A stretch of DNA of 64,000 bases, from the IMG/VR virus record IMGVR_UViG_3300032243_001028, positions 1 through 64,000 of that record. One strand, written 5' to 3'. Below are positions 26,180-36,800 of the stretch, piece after piece (the stretch's first letter is position 1; each line of letters begins with the position of its first letter). The stretch is from a virus (taxonomy: Duplodnaviria > Caudoviricetes). Position numbers and translations under genes: made by a program. The notes below the pieces were generated by a model, which was not told the DNA's origin, ran no database searches, and saw nothing but the letters and a program-made list of their open reading frames with translations.

Positions 26180-26362
26180 CTAGCGTGTCTTAGGGAACTG
26201 CTGAGTTTCCCTAGCCTGAGTTTCACACTGCTCACAAGCGAACTGCTCAGGCTCAGGGTAAGAGTTCCACAAGACAGCCTTAGCAGAGTTGGCACAGCCA
26301 AGAGTGTCGCAAGTCTTAGCGTGGTTGTTGTATGAGTTGATGTCTAACTGAGTGATAAGCAT
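26180..26362 (-). CDS. Zn-finger protein (reverse cassette 4; distant paralog of cassette 3)
   Basis: CDTLGC...CEQC; promoter at 26441. Confidence 0.65.
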   Translation of the reverse strand: MLITQLDINSYNNHAKTCDTLGCANSAKAVLWNSYPEPEQFACEQCETQARETQQFPKTR

Positions 26363-26504
26363 TTTTTACCTTTTCATTTTTTTGGACATTAGGCAATTAC
26401 CTAACTATTACTATCTAAGCAACTTTTTTATTTTTTATCAAGTTCATTTAGGCATTTTGATAACCTTTTTTATAACTTTTTTGTTATCAAATTTGATCAA
26501 AATT

Positions 26505-26520
26505 TCGAACACTTGTTCGA
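26505..26520. promoter_or_regulatory. Actinobacterial LexA (SOS) box
   Basis: TCGAAC-ACTT-GTTCGA is a perfect match to TCGAAC-N4-GTTCGA, in a divergent intergenic region. Confidence 0.6.
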
Positions 26521-26651
26521 AGCTTGGAAACGATTTTGGACAAGTCAAAATATACCTACTGCCAGATCGCAGGCCAAAGTCAAAAAAAGTAAAGGTATCA
26601 TTTTTAAATAAAGTACGTAAACTTAAGACGAAAAGATGATACACTAGATCC

Positions 26652-27158
26652 ATGACTAGACGTTTAGCAAGAGATCTACCCCTCCCTCAATCCGAAGTCG
26701 ACCTCCTCAACAAACTGGACCGACGTCGACTACTTTCCAGAGTGCACCAGCTCTATCACGCTGGATGGACTCTCTCGTCCATTGGGAACGCCTTCACGCC
26801 CCCAAAGGGTCGATCGACTGTCAAGGCTTGGGTAGACCAGAACGACACGTTTAACCAGATCGACGTCCCTATTCCAAATCCCGAACACAAGACCCCCAAG
26901 AACGGCTACCAACGTCTGACTCCCGTTTCTCCCGGAGTTCCTCCGATCACCGCTGAGCAGCTACGCCAACTAGCCCCGGTTGCCCAACAGTATCGAGCCC
27001 GTACTCCAAGCGGTTCTAAACCTGCTATTGCAAACGCCCTTATGAATCAGATCATCCGCGATCTACGTTCCATCGACGTCTCTATTGCCGATATTGCTCG
27101 TGCAGCTGGAGTTACTCACCGTGCAATTTCAAAACGTATCTCTAAGCTAGGATTGTAA
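26652..27158 (+). CDS. Double-HTH DNA-binding protein (possible terminase small subunit or regulator), probably leaderless
   Basis: GWTLSSIGNAF...RSTVKAWV and VSIADIARAAGVTHRAISKRI; TACACT 6 nt before ATG. Confidence 0.65.
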   Translation: MTRRLARDLPLPQSEVDLLNKLDRRRLLSRVHQLYHAGWTLSSIGNAFTPPKGRSTVKAWVDQNDTFNQIDVPIPNPEHKTPKNGYQRLTPVSPGVPPITAEQLRQLAPVAQQYRARTPSGSKPAIANALMNQIIRDLRSIDVSIADIARAAGVTHRAISKRISKLGL

Positions 27159-27159
27159 T

Positions 27160-27528
27160 ATGCAAATACTTCACGACGTTTTCCCTGCCCACGTTGCCCT
27201 TGCCGCTCCGAACGTTTTCACCGACGTTCATCAACTCATATCCCACCCAAACAACCTCGGAACCTACTACATTCAAACTGCCCGAGTTATTGTTACCGAC
27301 ACCAACATCACCATTGCAGCCGATGCTCCTGAAGGCCCGCAAATAGTTTTCAACGAACGTTATACGTTCTTTGAGAAGGCAGCATCCCCAGAAATAGACT
27401 CATACGTAATCACTGAATCTGGAAAAATGCTTGCCTACAAGAAAGACGTTAACTGCGGTTGTGGCTCACGTCTACGTTCTTGGAACCCATATAAAACCCT
27501 AACCTCGAATCGAGATCCAATTGCTTAA
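27160..27528 (+). CDS. Hypothetical protein upstream of portal
   Basis: ORF track; C-terminal NCGCGSRL motif. Confidence 0.7.
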   Translation: MQILHDVFPAHVALAAPNVFTDVHQLISHPNNLGTYYIQTARVIVTDTNITIAADAPEGPQIVFNERYTFFEKAASPEIDSYVITESGKMLAYKKDVNCGCGSRLRSWNPYKTLTSNRDPIA

Positions 27529-27808
27529 TGATCCATACCTAACGTTCATCATTCTTGCCCTTGCCACTTTTAGATTTACTCGGCTAGTTACTACCGACGT
27601 CATTTTTGACGCTCCTAGACAGTGGATCTGGAAGAAGTTTCCACCCTCAACTCCACTGGGATACCTACTAACTTGCGACTGGTGCACAAGCGTTTGGGTT
27701 GCATCACTAATCACAATTTCATATACAATAGTACCAACGATAACTTTAATCGGAGCATTACCTTTTGCCCTGTCTGCAGTTGTCGGAATCTTGGCCGCAC
27801 GTGCTTAA
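27521..27808 (+). CDS. DUF1360-family membrane protein
   Basis: LATFRFTRLVTTDVIF..PR...LLTCDWCTSVW. Confidence 0.8.
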   Translation: MLNDPYLTFIILALATFRFTRLVTTDVIFDAPRQWIWKKFPPSTPLGYLLTCDWCTSVWVASLITISYTIVPTITLIGALPFALSAVVGILAARA

Positions 27809-27846
27809 CCATAGCAACGTTCCGCTCTTAATGACAGGAGAAAATT

Positions 27847-29652
27847 TTGGGCATCTTTAGCCGTAACCAGGATGATAAAAATCCTAAACAGTCACGTCCA
27901 GGCATTCGAGCAACCTCTGCCAACCAGCGTGCAACTACCAACCCAACCGGTCTCCCGTCTAACTCAGTTTTTCTAAACCCAAACTACTCCCCTGTTGAGC
28001 CAACTCCTTACTCAGCCATACGTCCACTTACTGCAGCTGCAGTTCAGGTCCCACTTAATGACCGTGGAGAAGCAGAACGCTTCCGTAGTCGCAGAACTTC
28101 AACATCTTCTAGCTGGCAGTCAGACGCTTGGGAGTATTACGATGCAATTGGCGAGATCAAATACGCTTTCAACCTAGTTTCTAGTGTTGTTTCTCGTATC
28201 CGTCTTTATGCAGCTGTTATTCAAGACCCTGCTGAAGCTCCAGTTCCTGTACGTTTGGCAGATAACATCTCAGCAGACCTAGCTTCCGCTGCAGAACGTG
28301 CTCTTGCACGTCTAGATTCAGCCTACGGAGGCCAGGCCGGTCTTCTTCGCGACTGTGCCTTGAACCTTGCAGTTGCCGGAGAGTGCTATTTAGTTCAATC
28401 TCCTGCTCGTGTTGGCTCAAATGTTCCAGAATCTTGGGATATTCGCTCTGTAGACGAGCTTAGCGTTGACGGAAAAGGCAATTATTTGATTGCTGGACGT
28501 AGAGATTACAACCAAGGTAACTCTCCGATGTCTGCTACCAACAAAAATATCATCAAACTTGCTCCAAACGCGTTCGTTGGACGTATTTGGAGGGCTCACC
28601 CACGTTTTTCTGACGAAGCTGACTCCAGTTTAAAGGGAATGCTTGATCTTTGTGCCGAATTGCTACTTCTAAACCGCACATTCCGTGCAACGGCGCGTTC
28701 CCGTCTGAACGCTGGTGCGCTCTATTTACCGGATGGTCTATCTGTAGCCTCTACACCGGACCCGAACTACCCTTACGAGGACGCTGACGGTCTTTATTCG
28801 GATCCAACCCCCGAAGAACTGCAAGATGAGTTCGAGGATCAGCTAATTGACGCGATGACAACCCCAATTCGCGATGAAGATTCAGCAAGCGCAGTTGTTC
28901 CACTGATTATTCGTGGTCCAGCTGATCTTGGTGACAAGATTAAGCAGTTCAAGTTCGAGCGTAGCTTCGATCCAGCCCTTGCAGAGCGTTCAGACCGCGT
29001 TTTGGAGCGTATTTTGCAGGGAATCGACGTCCCTAAGGACATTGTTACTGGTCTAGCCAACGTAAAGTACTCAAATGCGGTTCAAATTGACGAAAGTCTC
29101 TACAAAGCACATATTGAACCTCTAATGTTGCTTATGGCAGACGCTTTTACCGTTGTTTACCTACGTCCTTACCTTCTAGCCAACGGTTACAACCCTGCAG
29201 ACGTTGAAAGAGTAGTAATTTGGTACGACCCAAGTGCTGTAGCGACTCGTAATGACCGTGCAATGGATGCTGACTCTGGTTTTGACAAGATGGCGGTGTC
29301 TTATGACACATGGAGACGTGCACACGGCTTCACTGACCAAGATGCACCTGGCCCAACTGAGCTTGGACTGCGTCTTTTGGTCGAAAAGGGTGTAATTACA
29401 CCAGAATTGACGGAAGCTTTGCTTTCGGCAGTGGCACCAGAGATGATGGCAAAGGCTAGAGAGGCTCAACAGGCCTCCAGCGTTGCTCCAATGCCTCAGG
29501 ATGTCTCTCAAATGCTTCAAGGCGTCCAACCGGGCGCAGAAGCCCCTACAGGGGCACCTGAAGCAGCCCCTGCCGCTCCTGAAGCGGCTCAACCAGCAGA
29601 AGCGGCTCCGCCAATTCAGTTGGCAGAACCAACAACAACCCCTCAACAATAA
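27847..29652 (+). CDS. Portal protein
   Basis: WQSDAWEYYDAIGEIKYA..VSRIRLYAA, RSRLNAG.L..P and SAVVP..IRGP motifs typical of actinophage portals; lies between terL and the protease. Confidence 0.85.
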   Translation: MGIFSRNQDDKNPKQSRPGIRATSANQRATTNPTGLPSNSVFLNPNYSPVEPTPYSAIRPLTAAAVQVPLNDRGEAERFRSRRTSTSSSWQSDAWEYYDAIGEIKYAFNLVSSVVSRIRLYAAVIQDPAEAPVPVRLADNISADLASAAERALARLDSAYGGQAGLLRDCALNLAVAGECYLVQSPARVGSNVPESWDIRSVDELSVDGKGNYLIAGRRDYNQGNSPMSATNKNIIKLAPNAFVGRIWRAHPRFSDEADSSLKGMLDLCAELLLLNRTFRATARSRLNAGALYLPDGLSVASTPDPNYPYEDADGLYSDPTPEELQDEFEDQLIDAMTTPIRDEDSASAVVPLIIRGPADLGDKIKQFKFERSFDPALAERSDRVLERILQGIDVPKDIVTGLANVKYSNAVQIDESLYKAHIEPLMLLMADAFTVVYLRPYLLANGYNPADVERVVIWYDPSAVATRNDRAMDADSGFDKMAVSYDTWRRAHGFTDQDAPGPTELGLRLLVEKGVITPELTEALLSAVAPEMMAKAREAQQASSVAPMPQDVSQMLQGVQPGAEAPTGAPEAAPAAPEAAQPAEAAPPIQLAEPTTTPQQ

Positions 29653-29670
29653 ACTAAGGAGAAAATCCAA

Positions 29671-30828
29671 ATGGATTTAGTAATCAATCAGGAAGGTGCT
29701 CCGAGCAAGCAAGATCTTGCTCAGATGCTAGCAATTTTGCTGGCTGACACAGTAACCTTCAAATTTCTATCACACGGCTATCACTGGAATGTGCGCGGCA
29801 AAGATTTTCCGCAATTTCATAAATTCTTTCTAAAAATTTATGAAGATGCAGATGGTGCAATCGACCCTTTTGCAGAAAATATTCGCAAACTAGGATTCGA
29901 TGCACCATTCTTGCTAAGTGACTACGCATCTCTTACAGGAATTCAAGCAACTCCAGTTTCAGCTGATCCAGTTGACATGTCTGCATCTCTTTACCAAGCA
30001 AATGCTTATATGATTAACATGATCCGCGATGCATTCGACGTTGCAACTGCTCTGCGTGAGCAGGGTATTGCAAACTTCCTTGCAGATCGTGATGACCACC
30101 ACAATTTCTGGAATTGGCAGCTAGGCACAATTATTGGAGCTGATTCAACAGCTCAGGGCGACTTGGGAAAATTTGAGGCTGACCTACCTATAACAGCATC
30201 GCAAGATGTGGTAGATCAGCCTGCAACTCCTGTTTACGTTTCCGCTGCAAAGAATGACAATGCTTACCCAACTAAGAAAGTTACCTTTTCAAATGAAACT
30301 GAAAAACAACTTTCACGTTGGACCAAAGAGCACAATGCTGGGAAAGATTTAGATGATCTTGTCTCAATCGCGACTTTGCGTGCAGTATATAGACGAGGTG
30401 TTCGTGCTTTCACCGCTAGCGGTAAGCCAGACACCGAACTATCTACTTGGGCAGAAGCTAGAGTACAAGCATTCCTATCTCTGGTAGAAAATAAGCGTCC
30501 ATCAAATGCTCGTTATACGCAGGACAATGATTTACTACCTACTACCCACCCTTGCAGCACAATAGACACTAGTCAAGGCCTGACTGCATCTATTGCTGCC
30601 AGTAGAGATCTTGCCATCTCTATTAAATCTGAAATGGACTACAGCAGTCCAGAAGATGCAATCTACTCTCTAGCTGAATATTCAGGTTTAGGGTATGAAG
30701 TAGTTCCAGCAATACGCGCTGTCTGGAAGAGAGCAATCAACGAGTTTGAACCTCCTTTTGATCGTGCAGTAAAGCTAGTTACCGATCTGTATAAAAGCAA
30801 AGATGCAGACCTTTTACCAACTAAGTAG
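29671..30828 (+). CDS. Dps/ferritin domain fused to a head-associated C-terminal domain
   Basis: HGYHWNVRG..F.QFH.FF..IYE....ID..AENIRKLG ferroxidase motifs (aa ~15-155), then LRAVYRRG...WAEARVQAFL...DNDLLP..HP domain. Confidence 0.85.
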   Translation: MDLVINQEGAPSKQDLAQMLAILLADTVTFKFLSHGYHWNVRGKDFPQFHKFFLKIYEDADGAIDPFAENIRKLGFDAPFLLSDYASLTGIQATPVSADPVDMSASLYQANAYMINMIRDAFDVATALREQGIANFLADRDDHHNFWNWQLGTIIGADSTAQGDLGKFEADLPITASQDVVDQPATPVYVSAAKNDNAYPTKKVTFSNETEKQLSRWTKEHNAGKDLDDLVSIATLRAVYRRGVRAFTASGKPDTELSTWAEARVQAFLSLVENKRPSNARYTQDNDLLPTTHPCSTIDTSQGLTASIAASRDLAISIKSEMDYSSPEDAIYSLAEYSGLGYEVVPAIRAVWKRAINEFEPPFDRAVKLVTDLYKSKDADLLPTK

Positions 30829-30845
30829 TAAGAAAGATCTTTCCG

Positions 30846-33800
30846 GTGAGTAAGAAAATTAATCTAATTAAGCAGTTTGATGACCAGCTATCAGTCGAGA
30901 TGCCAGAGGATATCTCTATATCCGAGCTGATCTTTAACTTCACGCTAGAGCAGAACGCTCGAGTTGAAGAGATTCGTAGAGTCACCGAACAGCAATTAGA
31001 AACTGTTGCATTGAGATCACTCACTGCTTCTGCAGCAGAAAACCTTACTACCGACGTACGTTACTTCAACGTTCTTCGTGAGCTTTCGCATTTCCTTAGT
31101 TTGGCTACAGAAGGCCCACGTCCTAACGGTCAAGATCGTAACACTGACCTACTACCTGAATACCACCCAAGTTCTACAGCCGAGTTGTCACTTGACCCAA
31201 TTACGTTTCGTACTCGACGTGGTGCTTGGTACTCAGCAGATCCACGTATTGAAGATGAAGAAGTTCGTTCACTGGTTGCATCTGTCTACAGTGCCCACCC
31301 AATGGACGTACAATTTCAACACGCATACACACGTCTGCTAGCTCTTCCAGCTGGAAGTCTGCCAATTGACGTACTTGTTAGCCCTCTTACAGCCGGTCTC
31401 TTAAGCAAAGTAAAAAGTGTCTACCACTCAGCAATGAATGTTTTCAAAGGTAAGAACTCGAGCTTTTGGCGTTCACTTCGTGCTAAGCGTCAGCTCCGTG
31501 ACTCTAAGGGTCGCTGGATCGAAATGGGTGGCGGTGGAAAAGTAAATGTACGTTTTCCTAAAGGAGACGTTAGAAGCGTTACAGGTAAAGTTGCAGGTTA
31601 CTCCGAAAAGGGTGGCTACATAGACTTTGAAATTACAGATATCCCGGGTTTGAAGAACGGGCTTTATAAAATTCCAGCGTCAGCTTTTGAAGCCGTTGCA
31701 GCTATTCTACCTGCCGAAGCAGTTAAAGATCTTCCAGTTGGAAAAGCGGTTCCAAATGATAACGACATTGTTGATATTAAAGATCTCGTTGTTGCTGATA
31801 TGCCAGAAGGCTGGGTAAAGAGCCCATATACTCCAACCAGTTCAACCTTTACTGGTAATGAACTTCACTCTGATGCAGTCTATGATTCAGCTGATGGCTA
31901 CACCGCTTCTGTAGTAAATAAGCCTAATAAAGTTACTGAAAGTTTTATAGAAAAAGCTAAAGAAGCGTATGGCGATAGCCTAGAAATAGTAGGTACTGAT
32001 GGTACTGAAAACCTAGACATGACTAAGCCAGTTATTACTGTTTGGGGTTCAAAGCGTGCTAAGGGAAATAAAAGCCCTATTGGTTTTGCGCAAGACTGGT
32101 CCGGCGTACAGAAGATTGCTGGAGATGAAGATGATCGTTTCGGAGATAAAGATAACCAGGATCTAACTCCTGAAGAAAAACCTGCTGTAGAAGCAGTTGT
32201 TCCTAGCCAAAACCGCGAAACTCCAGAAGAAGAACCTAAGCCAGAAGTTACTCTACCCGATGCTGACTCTGACCCAGATGGCTCTATGCCAGAGGGCTGG
32301 AACAAAATTGGCGAGCACACCTACCTATCTAAAGATCGTAGATTCCGAGTAACTTACGGATATGGTCAATCAGATGTTGCTTTGGTTTATGACCAGAGAA
32401 CTGGCGATGTTTCATTCCAACCAATTATGTCTAATGGTGTCTACACCTTAACTGAGCGTGACGGCAATGGTGATTTCACTGTTGATACTCAGGTGCCATT
32501 CTTTAACTGGCCGCAAGTAGAAGATCAAATTCATGCTATTAAGCATCTAGAAGCTCTTGATCCGCTATTTAACCCTAATATTGCTAACGTTCCTGAGTAT
32601 CAAAGAGAAATGTACTCTAAGTTAGATCCAGCAGAACGTTTCCAGTACGACTATTTTGGTCCTGGATCAGACATGATCAAAAAAGCTGATGCAATCATTG
32701 CACAGTTCTTACAGGACACTTATCCTGGAGACTTTACCACTCCAAAATTTAATGACAATGGTTACTGGGCAGGGCGTGGTTCAAGATCTGATACTGCTGC
32801 AAGAATTGTTGACTCTGGAGACAATCTGAAAAGCGTTCAAATTGTGACCAAGCTTCTTGGTACAATAAAAACACATCCTATTTTTCCGGGTGAAGATGAG
32901 AATGAAGTTCTTGCTGAGGCTCTTAGAGAGTATTTTCCGGTACCAGATAACCTACATAGATTTAGTTTGTACTCAGAGTTTAAAGACTTTGATATCACTA
33001 ATGGTAGAAGTGCAGCAAAAACTCTAGATGCTGTAGGCGAAATTTTGTACGATATGTACACAAGTTCTAAAGATGAATCAGACAATAAAATTCAAGATGA
33101 CGTTTACTACGTTTCTAGACTACAAAAAGGTCTAATGAACTATGTAAATCGTAGAAACGCAAAAGATACAGACCTAGGTCCTTCTCAGAACAGAGTTAAT
33201 GATGACTACGTTCCAAATGAAGCTCAGATTAGACGTCTAGTTGCAATTCTAAACTCTAGGTACGTTCACGACGAGCCAGATCTCTGGGATAAAGTTCGTG
33301 AAATTAAAAAGAATCCTGAAGAGCACACTGTAAAAGAAGTAAATGATCTTGCAGCATATATTGAAAAAAACTTCCGTGAACTAACCTCACCTGAAAAAGG
33401 CATGGCTTCATGGCTTCAAAAGTCTTACCTTAACTGGGCCCTAGACAATAAGAACTGGAATAAACAAGAAGCAGAAGAGATTAGAAAAAAGATCGATGAT
33501 AACACCCTAACCAGGGCAGAGTACGATCAACTTCACGAGAAAGCTTATAAACTACCTTTTAAACCGCCTCAGGCTCCGGCACCTACTCCAGAAGATATAG
33601 AAGAGCTAGAAAAACTTAGAGCAGCTGATAACACTGTAAACGGTAAACCTGATTACTGGCTAGCAGATCAGCCTACTGAAAGTCCTAAGTACCTTAGCAG
33701 CAACGTTCCTCAAGAAGCTATGGGCCCTAGCGATGGTCAACTTGTTGGTATTGAAAGATTCTTAGAGGATAGAGATATTCCTCAAGATTTAGTCCAAGAG

Positions 33801-36800
33801 TTTATGGACAACTACAAAGACATGAATGCTCGCGAGATCCGTGAATGGTATTACACATTCAAGGAGCATCCATTCAAAGAGCAGTACAAACCTAAGAACA
33901 AGTACGGGCTAGTTGCTAGAGATTTTGACGGTGCATCTGACAGAATGCTTGCCAGTATTGAACGTATCTTTGACAAGGGATTAGCAAGCGACAGAGAAAT
34001 TGCTGCAATTGTCAAAGCTGTCCCTAGAATGAACAAGTACGAGGTAAGTACTCAGATCATGTCCGAGCTTAAAGCTCGTGAAGATGCTCACGATAGTATT
34101 CTAATAAAGAAAGCTATTGAAGGTGGAGCGTCTATTAATGACCTAAACCTGATGGATCTTATTGGTAGACCTAATGCTCCCGAAGGCTGGGAAGACTACA
34201 AGCCAACCGATGAAGCTCGTAAAGAAATTCTTGCTGATGAAAAGGATCAGGAAGAAGTAAAGCAATATGTTGACAAGCAAGCTCGTAAGAATGCTGCTCG
34301 TAGATCTCGCTACGCTCTGACTCGTCTAGCAGCTTTTGTTGCTAATCACAGAGATCTTGTAAATGCTGATGGTAAAAGAATCATCGACGGAGCAGTCGAC
34401 GACATTAGAGACCTTAAGCGTATGCTTGACCTACGTAGAAAGTACGTAATTAAGCCTGCTAAGGTTATGGAACGTCTAGAGACTATTAAGAAGGGTCTAA
34501 CTGACTCAGATAATGCTCACACCTACGGACGTCTTAAGAATAAAAAGCCTAAGACTGTAGAGACTCTTGAAAAACTTGCAGCTGAAGTCGGATCTGTTAT
34601 GGGCAGAGATGGGTACCACAATAGTCCATTTGAAAATGACTACGACCCGTCTCTAGAAGATGAAGTAGATCACAGCACATCAGCAGAGGTATTTGAGCCA
34701 AATCCTGTTGAATCTCCAGAGATTCCAGTTGACACCGATCCAGTTCCTGGAATCATTGACTACTCTAACCACCCAAATAAACCTAGACCTCCTGCAAGAG
34801 TTAAACCTAAGGCTTTCTGGGGCGTTGTTCGCGATTGGATGGCTGGAGCAAAGAACTGGGATGATGTAACTGAAGCTTTAAGAGATAAAGTTCTACACTT
34901 TATTGATTTTGAAACTACCGGCATCTTTGACCCTTTACAGCCTCATGTTAAAAACGATCCAATTCAGATTGCTATATATAAAGTTGTAAACGGAGAAATC
35001 GTTGATAAGTTTATAAGCTACATGAATCCTGGATCTCCTTTAAGTTCATGGTCTATGGCAAATATAAAGGATGACAAAGGCAATCGAGTAACTCCTGAGT
35101 GGATTGCAAGTCTTCCAACTAAGAGTGAAGTTATTGCTAAGGCTTTGGAATTCCTAGGCCCGGACGCAATTCTAGCTGGCCACAACGTTGCTGATTATGA
35201 TTTAGAAGTTCTAAATAGAACTCTTAAAGAAGCCGGACTAGCAGAATATTCTCCTGCTGGAATGATTGACACGCTTGGACTAGCTGATCACATTTACAAT
35301 GTATTTAACAAAAAAACTAACCTTGGTGGTCCATATAAAGTAGGAGACTTTGGTATACATGGTTCTACCGCTCTAGAAGCTTTAGGAAGATACGAAGGTA
35401 TTCCTAGTAATTCATTACATAATGCAGCTAATGATCTAGAACTTAACGTCAAACTTCTAGGGCAGATGCTTAAAAGAGCTAAGTCTGGAACCGATTTGAT
35501 TAAAGATAATATCTTTGATCTCGATGCTTCAGATAATGACTATGACGCAAAACTTGCTAAGTATATTCCAGGCTACGAAGCATTTGTCGAACGTGCTTTA
35601 AAATTTATAGCTGATAGAGCTGTTGAAAGAGCTGCTAGAGGAGACGAGCCAGATCCTAAGGATCTAGAGCAAGAAGCAAGAAATGCTCTTAACTCTACAT
35701 CTCCAGAAGGAACTCCTACAAACGATCGTCCTACTTTCTCAAGCCTGTTCCCTCCAAAGCCAGATGATGGTGAACAACCTCTTACTGAAAGCAACGTTAT
35801 TGATGATCCACTAAATAAGATCAGAAAACCAAGCCCTAAGCAGTTGAAGAGCGTTGAAAGACGTCTATTGGATCCCAGAGACATAGTATCTGCGGAACGT
35901 AGAGAAGAGATCTGGAAGTTGCTTCCAAATGTCAACTCTAACGAAATCGGTGATCTAGTTAAGGAAATGGACGGTCTAGAACTTGACTACGCCATTGCTA
36001 ACAACCTAGACGTTGATGGTTTACGAGTTCCTACTGGATATGACCTAGATAAGTTAAATACTTACCTAGATGAGAAATATCCTGACCGTCACAAGAAGAG
36101 TGGCCCTAGTCAACTTCGTGAAGGCGTGAATCAACAGAGCACTTTGTCTCAGCTATCTTATGCTATGACTAACTTGCAAGATGCTTTAAGCTCTACTAGT
36201 AGTCCAGCAGAAAAGCGTGCTATTAACTCTGCTATTAAGAAACTGGAGCAAGCAGCTCAAGATGTAATAGATAGTCCGTCTCAGAACAGAGAGCGTCCTG
36301 CAGATACTAAGAATAAAGCTGAGCTAGCTACAGGAAAACACGATATCGGATTCTTGGATAAAGAGTACACCGATCAGCAGAAAGACGCTATTGAAGCTGG
36401 TATTCGTGGATGGTCAATTGTCATAAAAGCTTTGGCTGGTACAGGTAAAACCACTACTTTGATTGCTCTTGCAAAAGCAGTACTTCACTACTTCCCTAAG
36501 AAGAGAATTCTTGCTATGGCTTTCAACAAAGCTATCGCAGACGAGAACAGACTTAAGTTCCCGGGAAATACTGAAGTTAGAACTATGGACTCTGTAGCTT
36601 TCAAAGCTCCTGTAAACAGCAAACTTTCTAAAAAGTTTACTGCTATGAAGAAACAATCAGACCCAAAAAATAGACCAATCAATGGCTTTTTAGATATAGC
36701 TGACTACTTTAAGATTCCAAACGAAGTAGAGCTTGCTAATGGACAAAGGATTTCTAAGTTCTTAGCAGTAAAACTTGTACTAAAAGGTCTAAATAACTGG

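Larger units (their letters stand above)
14884..26407. repeat. Promoter-proximal stem-loop repeat TAGTTAGG-N6-9-CCTAAC (12 copies)
   Basis: + strand copies at 14884, 15543, 17135, 17555, 17992, 18461, 18783 and 19162; - strand copies starting at 24788, 25214, 25677 and 26407; always just 3' of a -10 box. Confidence 0.85.

Noticed and set aside
26352-26653. ORFs 26352..26639 (+) and 26444..26653 (-)
   Set aside because: They overlap AT-rich promoter and operator DNA, have low-complexity translations and no SD.
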